A DNA stretch of 64,000 bases, taken from Candidatus Micrarchaeota archaeon. GTDB taxonomy: Archaea; Micrarchaeota; Micrarchaeia; Micrarchaeales; Micrarchaeaceae. The DNA is taken from the NCBI GenBank assembly GCA_027345565.1, contig DAHWIF010000005.1, positions 6,058-70,057 of the forward strand, given 5' to 3'. Within the stretch, counting starts at the first letter, position 1; every line of letters starts with the position of its first letter. The notes beneath the pieces are model-generated. The model saw only the letters and a program-made list of their open reading frames with translations. It did not search any database and was not told the DNA's origin. The translations under genes were made by a program, and so were the position numbers. Positions 1-9,941 of this stretch are shown here, one piece after another.

Positions 1-18
1 AAACTATATAGAGCTTAT

Positions 19-1497
19 CTATGGAACGTCGGCGAGGGAGCCGAAGCTTGCCGAAGGCTCAACTCCGTTCGGCGGGTAGTCACGGGTGCGGAGCCACTGG
101 ATTTTTTGCGTTGCTGGAGAGTAAGCAGCAGCAAAAACGTATGAAGCTGAAGATATGAATGTAGAGGATCCAGAGACCACACTTGCATAATTCTGAAGCT
201 GTGCGACACCAGAATGTGTGAATACTGCGCTGTAAACGTTGTAGCCTGAATCCGATGCTGTGGGCAAAGTTCCGCTGGCTATCGTGGTTTGTGCCGAGCT
301 TGTTCCTGTTTGTATATATGCGCTTGTATAGCTTGAGCTATCTGCCTGGTAATATTGATAGCTGTTGTAGTATGGATATGTAGAGAATGAAGTGCTTGTG
401 CTGAAACCTATCATTGCTGCCTGTTCAGTGGTTACAGTTTCGTAAGCATCAAGTATTATTGGAGGCGTTGCAGTTATAGCTCCTGACGCTACACCGCCCC
501 AACCAGAGCTCGAGGTCAATGTTAAACCGTCATTTACGCTTCCATCATAACTGCCTGCAGAAGTCCAGCCAGTCGGCAAACTCGTCCCAGCAAAGTTCCA
601 GTAGTTGTTGAACACATTTGCTCCGTTGTCGTACTCTGCATAGGCGGGGCTGAGCTGCGGCGCCTCGCCGGCATGCACCCCATCGTAGTTCACGCTCATG
701 GGCAGGAAATACACCTGCAGGTTGATTGCGCTGTCCGCAGGTATGGATCTGTCAAGCTTGACAAAGAAAATGGTGTTCGAGCTTGTGTTGCTGCAGCCGC
801 TCTCGCACCAGCTGTACAGCTCCCTCGCCCCGTCATAGAACCTTATGTTGCCAAGATTGCCGCTCCCGTGCGCCGCGTAGCTGCTTGACTGGAATGAGAT
901 CGGCACCTGGAGCCCAGGCGCTGACTGAACTATCTGGTTGTTTGTTATCGTGAGAGGCAGGTAAACAGCGATGGTGTTAGCGCCTATCTGCAAGGAGGAT
1001 GCCTGGACCTGCATGTTGCCCTTGTAAGAGTAGTTGCTGCTCGCTGCGCAACTGTAGCTGTATAGCTGAGTGCCTTGCGGGCAGTAGTTGGCCGATATGT
1101 TGAACGATCCGGTATAAAGCGTTCCGGGAACTATCGCAGAGCTGAAGTCAGCAGTGCAGTATATGCTCTGTCCGGCAGTCGCCACGTTAGGCGTGCACTG
1201 CCCCGACGTGCTTGCGGCGGAGCCTATCAGCGCGTTGAACGAGCTCACGTTGACTATGCCGGGCTGAGTGTCCGTGGCTATAAGCATGAGCTGCGACGCA
1301 ACCGAATTGCTGCCCGTGTTGGAGGTATATGACACGAAGCTGCAGGTGAAGCCTCCGAAGAAGCTGCATTGCGCAGGCACCAATGACCTTCCGGCGTTCG
1401 CGAATATGATGACGAATGCGATGGCAACCGTTATTATTGTTATGGCTATCGAATACGTGAAAACGAACTCCATTGCGTTCTGCGCTTTCATTGCCAT
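19..1497 (-). CDS. Type IV pilin-like secreted protein (class III signal peptide) with C-terminal DUF2341/concanavalin-like domain
   Basis: ORF 19..1530. The preferred ATG at 1497 gives MAMKA|QNAMEF followed by a ~22-aa hydrophobic helix, matching the archaeal prepilin pattern (K-A|Q, Glu at +5). The C-terminal half has IRFYD..ELYSWCES..IFFVKL..LQVYF, which resembles DUF2341. The protein is S/T/N-rich with many N-x-S/T sequons. Confidence 0.6.
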   Translation of the reverse strand: MAMKAQNAMEFVFTYSIAITIITVAIAFVIIFANAGRSLVPAQCSFFGGFTCSFVSYTSNTGSNSVASQLMLIATDTQPGIVNVSSFNALIGSAASTSGQCTPNVATAGQSIYCTADFSSAIVPGTLYTGSFNISANYCPQGTQLYSYSCAASSNYSYKGNMQVQASSLQIGANTIAVYLPLTITNNQIVQSAPGLQVPISFQSSSYAAHGSGNLGNIRFYDGARELYSWCESGCSNTSSNTIFFVKLDRSIPADSAINLQVYFLPMSVNYDGVHAGEAPQLSPAYAEYDNGANVFNNYWNFAGTSLPTGWTSAGSYDGSVNDGLTLTSSSGWGGVASGAITATPPIILDAYETVTTEQAAMIGFSTSTSFSTYPYYNSYQYYQADSSSYTSAYIQTGTSSAQTTIASGTLPTASDSGYNVYSAVFTHSGVAQLQNYASVVSGSSTFISSASYVFAAAYSPATQKIQWLRTRDYPPNGVEPSASFGSLADVP

Positions 1498-1517
1498 GGT
1501 CTGACTGCTCAATGCAG

Positions 1518-1525
1518 ATTTAAAT
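1518..1525. promoter_or_regulatory. Palindromic TATA-like box ATTTAAAT shared by two divergent leaderless genes
   Basis: ATTTAAAT is its own reverse complement. It lies 21 nt from the ATG at 1497 (minus strand) and 23 nt from the ATG at 1548 (plus strand). Confidence 0.4.
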
Positions 1526-1547
1526 AACATGAAGAAAAAGCTCGTTC

Positions 1548-2339
1548 ATGGACGAAGCCCAGTACAGGGGCGTTATAGACTCGATAGGCGCAAGGAAGAG
1601 GCTTGGGCAGAACTTCCTCATAAAGAGGCATGTGGCCGTAGCAGAGGCCGACTACTGCCGAGGCAAGGACGTGATAGAGCTGGGGGCAGGCCTCGGCGTG
1701 CTGACAGAGGAGCTGTGCAGGGTCGCCAGGCGCGTCACCTCGGTAGAGGTGGATATGAGGCTATACCGCTTCCTGGTTTCAGGCCTGAAGTGCGGCAACT
1801 GCACGATACTCAACGATGATTTTTTTAGTATGAAAAAATACCCTCACGCGGACATGATGGCATCGAACGTACCGTACAGCCTTTCCAGCAGGACCCTGAT
1901 GTGGCTTGCTGGCAAGAGGATGCCTGCCGTGCTCTGCCTTCAGAGGGAATTCGCCGAGCGCATGGTCGCTGAGCCAGGCAGCGGCGGCTATTCCAGGCTC
2001 AGCGTATTCTGCTCCCTGCAGTTCGAGGTAGAGCTCGGCATGAGGGTGCCCGCGAATTCCTTCTACCCTGTGCCAAAGGTGGATTCAATGGTAGTTGTGA
2101 TGAAGCCGAAGAGGGCAATGGCGAACGCGAGCGAGCTGAATATCATATCGCTGATGATGGAGCACAAGAGCAAGAAGGTAAGGAACGCGATAGAGGATTC
2201 ATCCAGGTATCTTAAGCTATCGAAAGACAAGGCTAGGAGAATCGCAGACAGCCTGGAGCATAGCTCAGAGAGGGTCGAAAAGCTTTGGCCGGATGAGCTG
2301 GTAGCAGTAGCCAGAGAGCTTCTCAGCTCACTGGAATGA
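1548..2339 (+). CDS. rsmA: 16S rRNA (adenine-N6,N6)-dimethyltransferase KsgA/RsmA/Dim1
   Basis: Motifs LGQNFL, ELGAGLGVLT (SAM binding) and ASNVPYSLSS (NVPY) are present. The length of 263 aa is typical. Confidence 0.9.
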   Translation: MDEAQYRGVIDSIGARKRLGQNFLIKRHVAVAEADYCRGKDVIELGAGLGVLTEELCRVARRVTSVEVDMRLYRFLVSGLKCGNCTILNDDFFSMKKYPHADMMASNVPYSLSSRTLMWLAGKRMPAVLCLQREFAERMVAEPGSGGYSRLSVFCSLQFEVELGMRVPANSFYPVPKVDSMVVVMKPKRAMANASELNIISLMMEHKSKKVRNAIEDSSRYLKLSKDKARRIADSLEHSSERVEKLWPDELVAVARELLSSLE

Positions 2340-2996
2340 GTATGTCGGTTCAGCTATCTCCTTCATTATGAGCGCGCTCTTCAGCCCGTTCTTGAACTTC
2401 TCCTCTGCTATCATCGAACCCTGCCTGCCGAGAAGGTTCTTGTAGTGCATCGGCACTGTCGACTTCGCGTTTATCTCCCTGCCCGCGTCTATCGCCTCAT
2501 CTACGCTCATCACATAGGTCCCGCCTATGGGGAGCAGCGCCGCGTCAAGGCCTTTGAGATCCCTCATCTCCTTTATGAAATCCGTATCCCCAGCATGGTA
2601 GATCCTTGTCCCGTTTATATCGAGCACATAGCCGACCCAGTTGTTCGCCTTGGGGTGGTAGTTCAACCGCTCCTCGACTATGTTGTATGCTGGCACAGCT
2701 TCGATGCGTATGCCCTTGAAATCGTACCTGAAGCCCGGCTTCGATGTTATCACGTCCTTGTAGCCTTTCTCCTCCAGGCAGCCCTGCGAGGATATCATGA
2801 CAGTGTCCTTCTTCACCACCTTCTCTATGTCGTCCTTGTTGCAGTGGTCGAAATGCGCATGCGTTATCAGCAGCAGGTCCGCCTTCTCCTTTAGCTGGGT
2901 AGGCACCCTGAACGGGTCTATGAATATGTTAAGGCCATTTGCCTTTACGTAGAAGCAAGCGTGCCCCACCCAGAACAGTATGTCGCCAAGCTCCAT
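2328..2996 (-). CDS. Metallo-beta-lactamase-fold metal-dependent hydrolase (UPF0173-like)
   Basis: ITHAHFDHCN matches the HxHxDH zinc motif, and a later HAGD and a C-terminal MH are present. The protein is 222 aa. Confidence 0.8.
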   Translation of the reverse strand: MELGDILFWVGHACFYVKANGLNIFIDPFRVPTQLKEKADLLLITHAHFDHCNKDDIEKVVKKDTVMISSQGCLEEKGYKDVITSKPGFRYDFKGIRIEAVPAYNIVEERLNYHPKANNWVGYVLDINGTRIYHAGDTDFIKEMRDLKGLDAALLPIGGTYVMSVDEAIDAGREINAKSTVPMHYKNLLGRQGSMIAEEKFKNGLKSALIMKEIAEPTYSFQ

Positions 2997-3064
2997 CCAA
3001 TCCCCGAATCAGCTATTCGGAGGAAAAGTATTAAAATATAGTTCAGCGTTGTTTTGTCAGAGCA

Positions 3065-6000
3065 GTGGGTCGCATGGGCTACAATCTCCGCAGCACCGCC
3101 ATTCCGCTCTATGTGCTCTTGGTATCATTAGTATTCATCCCCGTCCTGCTGCCTGTGACATACACGGCTATTACGGGCTTGGGCGGCGGCGGCAAGTGCA
3201 CCGCCGGGGATTACAGCGAAATCTGCACAAACACGCTCACCTTCAACACCCCTTTCCCTGCGGGAGGCGGCGGCACTTTCGTGCCAAGCCAGGTGGCCAA
3301 CGGCATAGTCCCGCTGACAGGCAACGTCATCTCATATGACAACTCGTACAACCAGTGGCTGATAACCTGCCCGAACGCGCCAAACCCGCAGGACGAGCTC
3401 GAGTACATAATCTTCGAGGGCGCGGTCAGCCCCACTGAAGGGGGCATAGGCGGGAACGCCTGCCAGGCGCAGAGCTCCAACTTAATCACCACGGCTACCC
3501 TGTCGATGGACATAGGGTGGGGGGCGAACTCCCCGGCCAGCGCCAGCCTGTCATTCGGCATAGGTGGCGGCGGCTCGCTGAACGTGAACAACCTTGCCTA
3601 TTCAGGCGAGGCCTACAACTCTAGCAGGGGCATAGGCTCCGCCAACGTCTCAAGCGGATACAACTCCAAGTCTAACGTTTTCCAGGGGGTGCCACCGTCG
3701 TCGCAGGGCGGCATCTGGACCTGGAACGCGAGGGTGGCAGACTTCTCGCCGATATCCGGGCTGTCGGTGGTGCCAAGCCCGCTGAGCCTGAGCTATACCA
3801 CGCTGCCGCAGACTGACGCCAACGGCAAAGTCTTCACGTGCACTTACAGCTACACATTCACGGGCTCGGCGCAGATAACTGGCGTCAGCAACTCCAACGT
3901 AGTGGTCCCTGCAAGGAAGCTTCCTACGGACAACTACATCTCATTCAACAACCAGAGCTACAACGGCGTAATCACAAACAGCGAGCCGCCCGGGCTGCCG
4001 AGCGGCGTGACGGCCGATGCAGCTGCGATGTCCGATTGCTACCTGCCAAACTTCTGGGGAGGATGGCACATCTCCGGCACAAACGGGATATACGTCAGCA
4101 GCTCCAACAACCGATATACCAACCTTTGCATCTACCAGTACGCTGACACGCCATACTACGTCACCGGGTACCCGAGTGGTTCGAAGTCGGCGCAGCTGGC
4201 TTACGTGCCGTCTACACAGTCTACTTACGAGAGCGCATACCTGCTCCCGGTGCTCTACTACAACACCACCATACCATCGGCATACAGCGCGCTATCGTCA
4301 CAGCTCTCCTTCTACAACAGTTCGTACTACATATACAGCCAGCACAACCTCCAGTCGCCTGGCAACTACATAGAGCCTGTCACGCTCAACGGGAGCTCTG
4401 GCATATTCCTGAACGGCAACGGTATACTGTCCGACCTCTCTTCAAGCTCTTTCTGGGGAGGGAGCAACTACACGACAAGCACGAGCCCGCCAGGGCTCAA
4501 CCTGCAGTCGGATTATGTGCTGGCGCCCAGCCCAACAGGGCTCTCCGACGTGCAGCAGGTAAACGGCTACTACGCCGGCATGATAACAAACATCATGTAT
4601 ATGTCAGAATCCGCCAGCAACCTTTTCGTAGTTGCAAACGACATCGGCAGCTATTATCTGTATAGGATCCAGCTCATTCCGCAAGGGCAGCTGAATCTGA
4701 CCGCCAATCCGCCTAGCGGCATAGTTGGGGAATCCGAGAGCGCTCAGCAGTCGTACTGGAATGCAGTGGAGCAGCTGCAGTCATATCCTATGTATGTAGC
4801 TGATGTCACGCCGCTGCCTGTGACAACAAGCAGCGGGCCGAATACCCCCGGTAATGGTCCGCCGCTGGCGCTAGCATCTGACTACGCCGGCGATGCGTTC
4901 GTGGTGAGTGCGAACTACACCTGCAAGGATCCAGGATACTGCAGCAAGCTGGGCGGCCTTGGTTTCGTTCTGACGTACGTATCGGCTAACGGAATAACCA
5001 ACACGCAGTGGGTCACCAGCGCGCCCTCCAGCCTCGGCCCCGACATAGGCGGCTTGGGCTGCAGTTCAACTGACTCAGCCGCGCTTTGCTATCCTGTGCA
5101 GTACTGCTCCAGTAATGTCTGCCAGTTCCCGACCTCCTTGGCCGTCTCTCCGACAGGCCAATACCTCTACATATCGGATCCAAACATGCCGGATGTTTAC
5201 ATATACGGCATCTCATCCAATTCGGTGGGGGTGTCGGCCGATTACCTCTCCGCGATAAACCTCTCGTATTCGACCAGCCAGTACAACATGAGCATAGCGC
5301 AATACCTCCTTGACGGCGGCCCGTTCGGCTCCAACACCATATCCAACTGGGTGACGAACAACGGCGATACAAACTGCAAGCTCGGCCCAGCGCCGTACTA
5401 CAACTACTACAACGACACGCCTGTGCCTTTGGACAAATTCTCGGCTGGATCTGGATGCTTTGACGGCGCGATATACCATGTCCCGCTGGGCATAGCGGTA
5501 TCCGGCAGCACCCTCTACGTGCTTGACAACTGGCTTTTTGCCCCTCCGTTCCCAAGCAGCGTCCGCTCGGCGGCCTCGATCCTGATGCTGCGCGCGTTCT
5601 CGCTCAACGGCACCGAGATACCGATACACGCATCTACCGTGCAGGACATCGTGCCGAAGGCCAATGGCGCATCGCTCACCACGGGTTACATCGCAGACAA
5701 GCTGTACCCGCCATACGGATGGCCCATATCGGCAAACTTCACACTGTACACCGGCTCAGGTTTCAGTTACCTGAGTTATTGCGCCTACTACTGCAACAAC
5801 ACCCCAAGCGCAAGCGGCTCCCTGACGAACAATTTTGCATTCCCGTCAACCTCATATGAGTATGGAGGGTATCCGCCAGTGGGGCCTGCAGTGGCTGCCG
5901 ACAGCCCTGGCTTCTTCAACATTCATGCAGGTGTCTCAGGAAAACCTTACTTCAACCCGTCCCCGATATCCGTGCTCTCTGACTTTAACAACACACTGTA

Positions 6001-9000
6001 CCTGGATGGCTGGTCGCTATCAGTGCCGCAGGGGACGCAGTGCAAGGCGCCAGGCAGCGGCTCTCAATCGACTGGAATAGGCCAAAATTACTACTACGCG
6101 TGCGACCTCTACACAGAACTGTTGGCCATACACATGAACGTTGATAATTACACAAAGATGTCAAATGCATCTGTATCACCGCAGTACGGCTGCTACTATG
6201 TGATTGCATCGGGAGTTGCGTGCCCGAGTAGCAGTGCAGCCACGACCGGCTATCTGAACAACAACTACCTGGCCAACAACGGCATAGCCCAGCTCCCCTC
6301 CTCGTATATGTGCTACATAGGTGTGAACACGACAACCTGGTCAGAGCTTAATTCAGGGAAAGCGTATCCGGGCGGAGCGGCATACTCTTATGGAACCTTC
6401 CCCTACGGCTCTCCGTACGGCAGCCCGTGCTCGTTCGGAAGCGTGGCGAAAATAAGCACAGTGACTTTCCAGAGCGCTACGACCACGCAGATTGTAAACC
6501 TGAGCCTCCAGCGCCCTCCGTTCATAGGCATGCCGAATCCGTTCGCGTTCTCCGAGAGCCTGGGCAGCCCTGTCAACTATCTGGTCATACCCAGCCTCGC
6601 TAGCCAGTATGTCGGCTCTGCTGGAGACCCTCCCGACCCGCCCGGCCTCTCCGCCGGCGCGATAACGCCGCAGAACCCTGTTATAGAATCAGGCCAGAAC
6701 ATAGTACTTACCGCTAACCCATCGGGAGGCGTGCCCCCGTACAGCTACCAGTGGTACACATCTGGTGGCATAGGTACCTGCTCGCCGTCGGACTCCTTGG
6801 CGCCAGCGCAGGGCAACTCGCAGACTTACAATGCGGAGCCGACGAGCACCACAAACTACTGCTACATAGTTACAGACTCCGCCTCTCCTGCGGACACCGC
6901 CAGCTCGCCGACCGACACCGTGAAGGTGTTCGCTGCGTACAAAATCACACCAACCATATCTTTCTCGCCAAGCGCGTATGTGACATGGGGCGAGAACGTC
7001 GTAATAACCGGCACCTGCCCCAGCGGCGACAACTGCGCGATAATAGGGCCTGACGGCAGCCAGATCGCGAATGCGATATCCGTAGTCACAAATACGATAA
7101 ATACGAACTCCCTCACAGCAAGCCCGGGCGGCACCGCTACATTCACCTTCAACGCCAAGGACCTGAGCACTGGCATAGAGGGCAGCGGCTATAACCTTTA
7201 TGTAGGCAGCGCCCCGCCGCCTCAGGTGCCGACGCAGCAGCTCACCGCTACATACCTGCAGGGAAGGCTGAGCGGATACGTACTCATACCTTACACGTAC
7301 ACCGAGCAGTTCTCGTACAGCGACTCAGGCTCGCTGACAGGGTCGACCGGGCCTTCTGGAGACTGCACCACCAGCCTCTCGATAACCGGCGGCTTTGCAA
7401 CCCCGCAGACCTTCACCAGGGCGATTGTCGTGCAAGCGAGCAGCACGCTCAAGGAGCAGCTGCAGGGAGGTCCGCTGATAGCGCAGTACCAGAACAACCA
7501 GCAGTTCTATACCGCCAACCTGTCTGACCAGGCGCTTATCATGCCCCCTGTGATAGACCTAAGCCTCTTCACCGACAGGATCCTCGGCGAGATATTCATA
7601 AACCAGACGGTCGGACCAGAAGGCTTCTCCAGGCTGGCCCCGTATGGGTCTTCATGCACGTCCTGCAGCTTCACCCCGTATGTGCCTGCGCCGCTGGTCT
7701 TCAACGCAATACACCTGCTCAATTACTCCCAGGTGGTGTATGGGCAGTATTCACCAAAATATGGCTCATTCGGCGGCTACTCAGCCGAGTCCGCATCCGG
7801 ACCGCCGCTTAATCCGATAACCCAGCACAATGATGTGGCGACATCGCTTAACGCCAGCTGGCAGGTAGAATACAGCAGCAGCATGACGCTGAACGGCCCG
7901 GTCTATGCCGATGGCATAACGATAGACCCGGGCGTGGTCATAACCACAGACGGATACCCGATGGCGGCGCTCGACTACATAAATGCCGAGCCAGGCAGCA
8001 GCATAGTGGGCGGCTACGCCAACGACGGCGGTGCCTACGGCGCATCCGGCCAGAGCCTCCCGGCATCGTACGGCGGATCCGGCGGCGGCAGCAGCGGCAG
8101 CTCAGGCGGCAGCACCCTCGCCTCTGGCGGGGGCGTGAACGCGCCAGGCGCAAGCCCGGCCCTGCCTTCGCAGCCGAGCTCCGCGCTTGTCGCATCGCTA
8201 GGTTCAAGCATATCCGCATACCTTACTGGAGCTGGCGGCGCATCTGGCTCATACACGAGCGCAGGGGGCGACGGCTCCTTCGGCGTTTACCTGCAGGCTG
8301 ACAGCCTGGAGCTCTCAGGCGCAACTGTGAATGCCGTTGGGCAGGGAGGCGGCGCAGGATCCGGCGGAGGAGGAGGAGGAGTTATAGTGCTGGTGCACGG
8401 GGCGTCATTCACACAGCCTAACCACGAATACTACGGCGGCGGGCCTGGAGGCGGAGGCGGCGGCGCAGCAGGCGGATCAGGGAACGTCATGGTCTTCGAC
8501 GCGGTAACAGGAGGTGTACCTATACAGCTCGCGCAGCTCAACGCACTGCCGCTAATAGGGGCTGCCTGCAACAGCATAAACTGCAATAGCGTGCCGAACT
8601 ATTACTATAACCTGGGAGGTGCGAAGACGGACCAGCAGTGCACGTTCTCTAACATCTTCTGCGGAAACAGCATATTCGGCTATTCCGCGCAGATTGGCAC
8701 AGTAAGCGCGCTGCAGCTGTTCTCCGCCCTTGATGTGTATGTCAGCACCCTGATGCCGACGCTGGACCTGACGTACAATAATGGCTTAGAGGGTTACAAC
8801 AGGATAAACTACACGTTTGCCGATGAGTTCAACAACATCATAAACATGCCGTTGGACGCCGACCTCGCCAACATAACGACAATAAGCCTCAACGCGGCTA
8901 CAACCATAAACGCGCTGGACACCAACGAGACAACGGTAAGCATAACCGGCACCGCCGCATATTACCCGAGCATATTCTCGGCGACGCCGTCGCCAGTCCC

Positions 9001-9874
9001 CACAGGCAGCCCGATATACCTCTATTACGACACAAACATAAACTTCTACCAGCCCAGCGGCGAAGTTTTCACGAACCCCGATTCCTATTACATATACGCA
9101 GAGCAGTGCGCATTCGCGCCTACGCTCCCGTGCGAGTTCGCAGACCCTGTGCTTACGACAAACCCGCCTGCCGGGCAGGGCGCGCTGGGCCCAACGGAAG
9201 CCAATGTCATAAACTTCAACACCCAGTACAACTCCATAGGGGCGTGCTCGCCGCCCCCGAACAGCCTGCTGCTGCCTACCAGCACAAATACCGAGGAGTG
9301 CAACATCTATCCGAACAACCCGTTCGGGCTGCCCCAGACAGGCATGAGCGCCCAGAACAAGCTCGAGTACTGTGTACCGTACTTCCAGGACGGCAACGGG
9401 GTCCTCACATCGCAGCTCGGCCTGATGGCGATAGTCCCGACGACGAGCAACGGGCAGTTCAGCTACTCGTTCAACGTGTGCGGCACCGGAACCGGGCGCG
9501 TGACTGCTGGCTATTACGGTTACCCGCCAGGGCAGCCTAGCATATTCCTCCAGCAGCCGATCAGCCAGAGCGAGCTCTTGCCTACAAAAGCCTTCATATC
9601 CAACCCCGACTATTCGATAAGCAATGGCAATGTGATCGGAATGTACGTGCTGCAGAACTGCGGCGGCGGGACGCCGTGCGACATAGCCTCAAACGACCCG
9701 CTGGTCTACACAGACGAGTTCAACTATTCGATAAGCCCGAACCAGACTATCGTGTCGTTCCCGATAGGCAGCTACCTGCTCTCCTTCGGCGACACCGCTG
9801 CGCTTGTGGCGCTGCTCGCCATGCTCGGCATAGTCGGGTATGTCATTGCTAGGGGAATGATGCCACGGGCATAG
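3065..9874 (+). CDS. Giant (2269 aa) cell-surface protein with N-terminal hydrophobic segment, Ig/PKD-like module, glycine-rich module and C-terminal membrane anchor
   Basis: This is one uninterrupted 6.8-kb ORF (GTG at 3065, ATG at 3074). The N-terminus has IPLYVLLVSLVFIPVLLPV. The C-terminus has ALVALLAMLGIVGYVIARGMMPRA (TM helix plus basic tail). An Ig-like motif ANPSGGVPPYSYQWY is present, and NHL/YVTN-like strings occur (YLYISDPNMPDVYIYG, STLYVLDNW). Gly-rich segments are encoded at about 8035-8500. N-x-S/T sequons and Cys residues are numerous. Confidence 0.8.
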   Translation: MGRMGYNLRSTAIPLYVLLVSLVFIPVLLPVTYTAITGLGGGGKCTAGDYSEICTNTLTFNTPFPAGGGGTFVPSQVANGIVPLTGNVISYDNSYNQWLITCPNAPNPQDELEYIIFEGAVSPTEGGIGGNACQAQSSNLITTATLSMDIGWGANSPASASLSFGIGGGGSLNVNNLAYSGEAYNSSRGIGSANVSSGYNSKSNVFQGVPPSSQGGIWTWNARVADFSPISGLSVVPSPLSLSYTTLPQTDANGKVFTCTYSYTFTGSAQITGVSNSNVVVPARKLPTDNYISFNNQSYNGVITNSEPPGLPSGVTADAAAMSDCYLPNFWGGWHISGTNGIYVSSSNNRYTNLCIYQYADTPYYVTGYPSGSKSAQLAYVPSTQSTYESAYLLPVLYYNTTIPSAYSALSSQLSFYNSSYYIYSQHNLQSPGNYIEPVTLNGSSGIFLNGNGILSDLSSSSFWGGSNYTTSTSPPGLNLQSDYVLAPSPTGLSDVQQVNGYYAGMITNIMYMSESASNLFVVANDIGSYYLYRIQLIPQGQLNLTANPPSGIVGESESAQQSYWNAVEQLQSYPMYVADVTPLPVTTSSGPNTPGNGPPLALASDYAGDAFVVSANYTCKDPGYCSKLGGLGFVLTYVSANGITNTQWVTSAPSSLGPDIGGLGCSSTDSAALCYPVQYCSSNVCQFPTSLAVSPTGQYLYISDPNMPDVYIYGISSNSVGVSADYLSAINLSYSTSQYNMSIAQYLLDGGPFGSNTISNWVTNNGDTNCKLGPAPYYNYYNDTPVPLDKFSAGSGCFDGAIYHVPLGIAVSGSTLYVLDNWLFAPPFPSSVRSAASILMLRAFSLNGTEIPIHASTVQDIVPKANGASLTTGYIADKLYPPYGWPISANFTLYTGSGFSYLSYCAYYCNNTPSASGSLTNNFAFPSTSYEYGGYPPVGPAVAADSPGFFNIHAGVSGKPYFNPSPISVLSDFNNTLYLDGWSLSVPQGTQCKAPGSGSQSTGIGQNYYYACDLYTELLAIHMNVDNYTKMSNASVSPQYGCYYVIASGVACPSSSAATTGYLNNNYLANNGIAQLPSSYMCYIGVNTTTWSELNSGKAYPGGAAYSYGTFPYGSPYGSPCSFGSVAKISTVTFQSATTTQIVNLSLQRPPFIGMPNPFAFSESLGSPVNYLVIPSLASQYVGSAGDPPDPPGLSAGAITPQNPVIESGQNIVLTANPSGGVPPYSYQWYTSGGIGTCSPSDSLAPAQGNSQTYNAEPTSTTNYCYIVTDSASPADTASSPTDTVKVFAAYKITPTISFSPSAYVTWGENVVITGTCPSGDNCAIIGPDGSQIANAISVVTNTINTNSLTASPGGTATFTFNAKDLSTGIEGSGYNLYVGSAPPPQVPTQQLTATYLQGRLSGYVLIPYTYTEQFSYSDSGSLTGSTGPSGDCTTSLSITGGFATPQTFTRAIVVQASSTLKEQLQGGPLIAQYQNNQQFYTANLSDQALIMPPVIDLSLFTDRILGEIFINQTVGPEGFSRLAPYGSSCTSCSFTPYVPAPLVFNAIHLLNYSQVVYGQYSPKYGSFGGYSAESASGPPLNPITQHNDVATSLNASWQVEYSSSMTLNGPVYADGITIDPGVVITTDGYPMAALDYINAEPGSSIVGGYANDGGAYGASGQSLPASYGGSGGGSSGSSGGSTLASGGGVNAPGASPALPSQPSSALVASLGSSISAYLTGAGGASGSYTSAGGDGSFGVYLQADSLELSGATVNAVGQGGGAGSGGGGGGVIVLVHGASFTQPNHEYYGGGPGGGGGGAAGGSGNVMVFDAVTGGVPIQLAQLNALPLIGAACNSINCNSVPNYYYNLGGAKTDQQCTFSNIFCGNSIFGYSAQIGTVSALQLFSALDVYVSTLMPTLDLTYNNGLEGYNRINYTFADEFNNIINMPLDADLANITTISLNAATTINALDTNETTVSITGTAAYYPSIFSATPSPVPTGSPIYLYYDTNINFYQPSGEVFTNPDSYYIYAEQCAFAPTLPCEFADPVLTTNPPAGQGALGPTEANVINFNTQYNSIGACSPPPNSLLLPTSTNTEECNIYPNNPFGLPQTGMSAQNKLEYCVPYFQDGNGVLTSQLGLMAIVPTTSNGQFSYSFNVCGTGTGRVTAGYYGYPPGQPSIFLQQPISQSELLPTKAFISNPDYSISNGNVIGMYVLQNCGGGTPCDIASNDPLVYTDEFNYSISPNQTIVSFPIGSYLLSFGDTAALVALLAMLGIVGYVIARGMMPRA

Positions 9875-9941
9875 ACGTCAGTAAACGCACCGCGGGTTAG
9901 CTATTTATATCTTGGAAACCATATAGTATAAGGGCGATGGG

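Noticed and set aside
8035-8500. GGC/GGA-rich low-complexity DNA as a tandem repeat or recombination artefact
   Set aside because: It stays in frame within the giant ORF and encodes alternating Gly runs and hydrophobic strands. There is no exact tandem unit. It is treated as a protein feature, although read-level verification is recommended.
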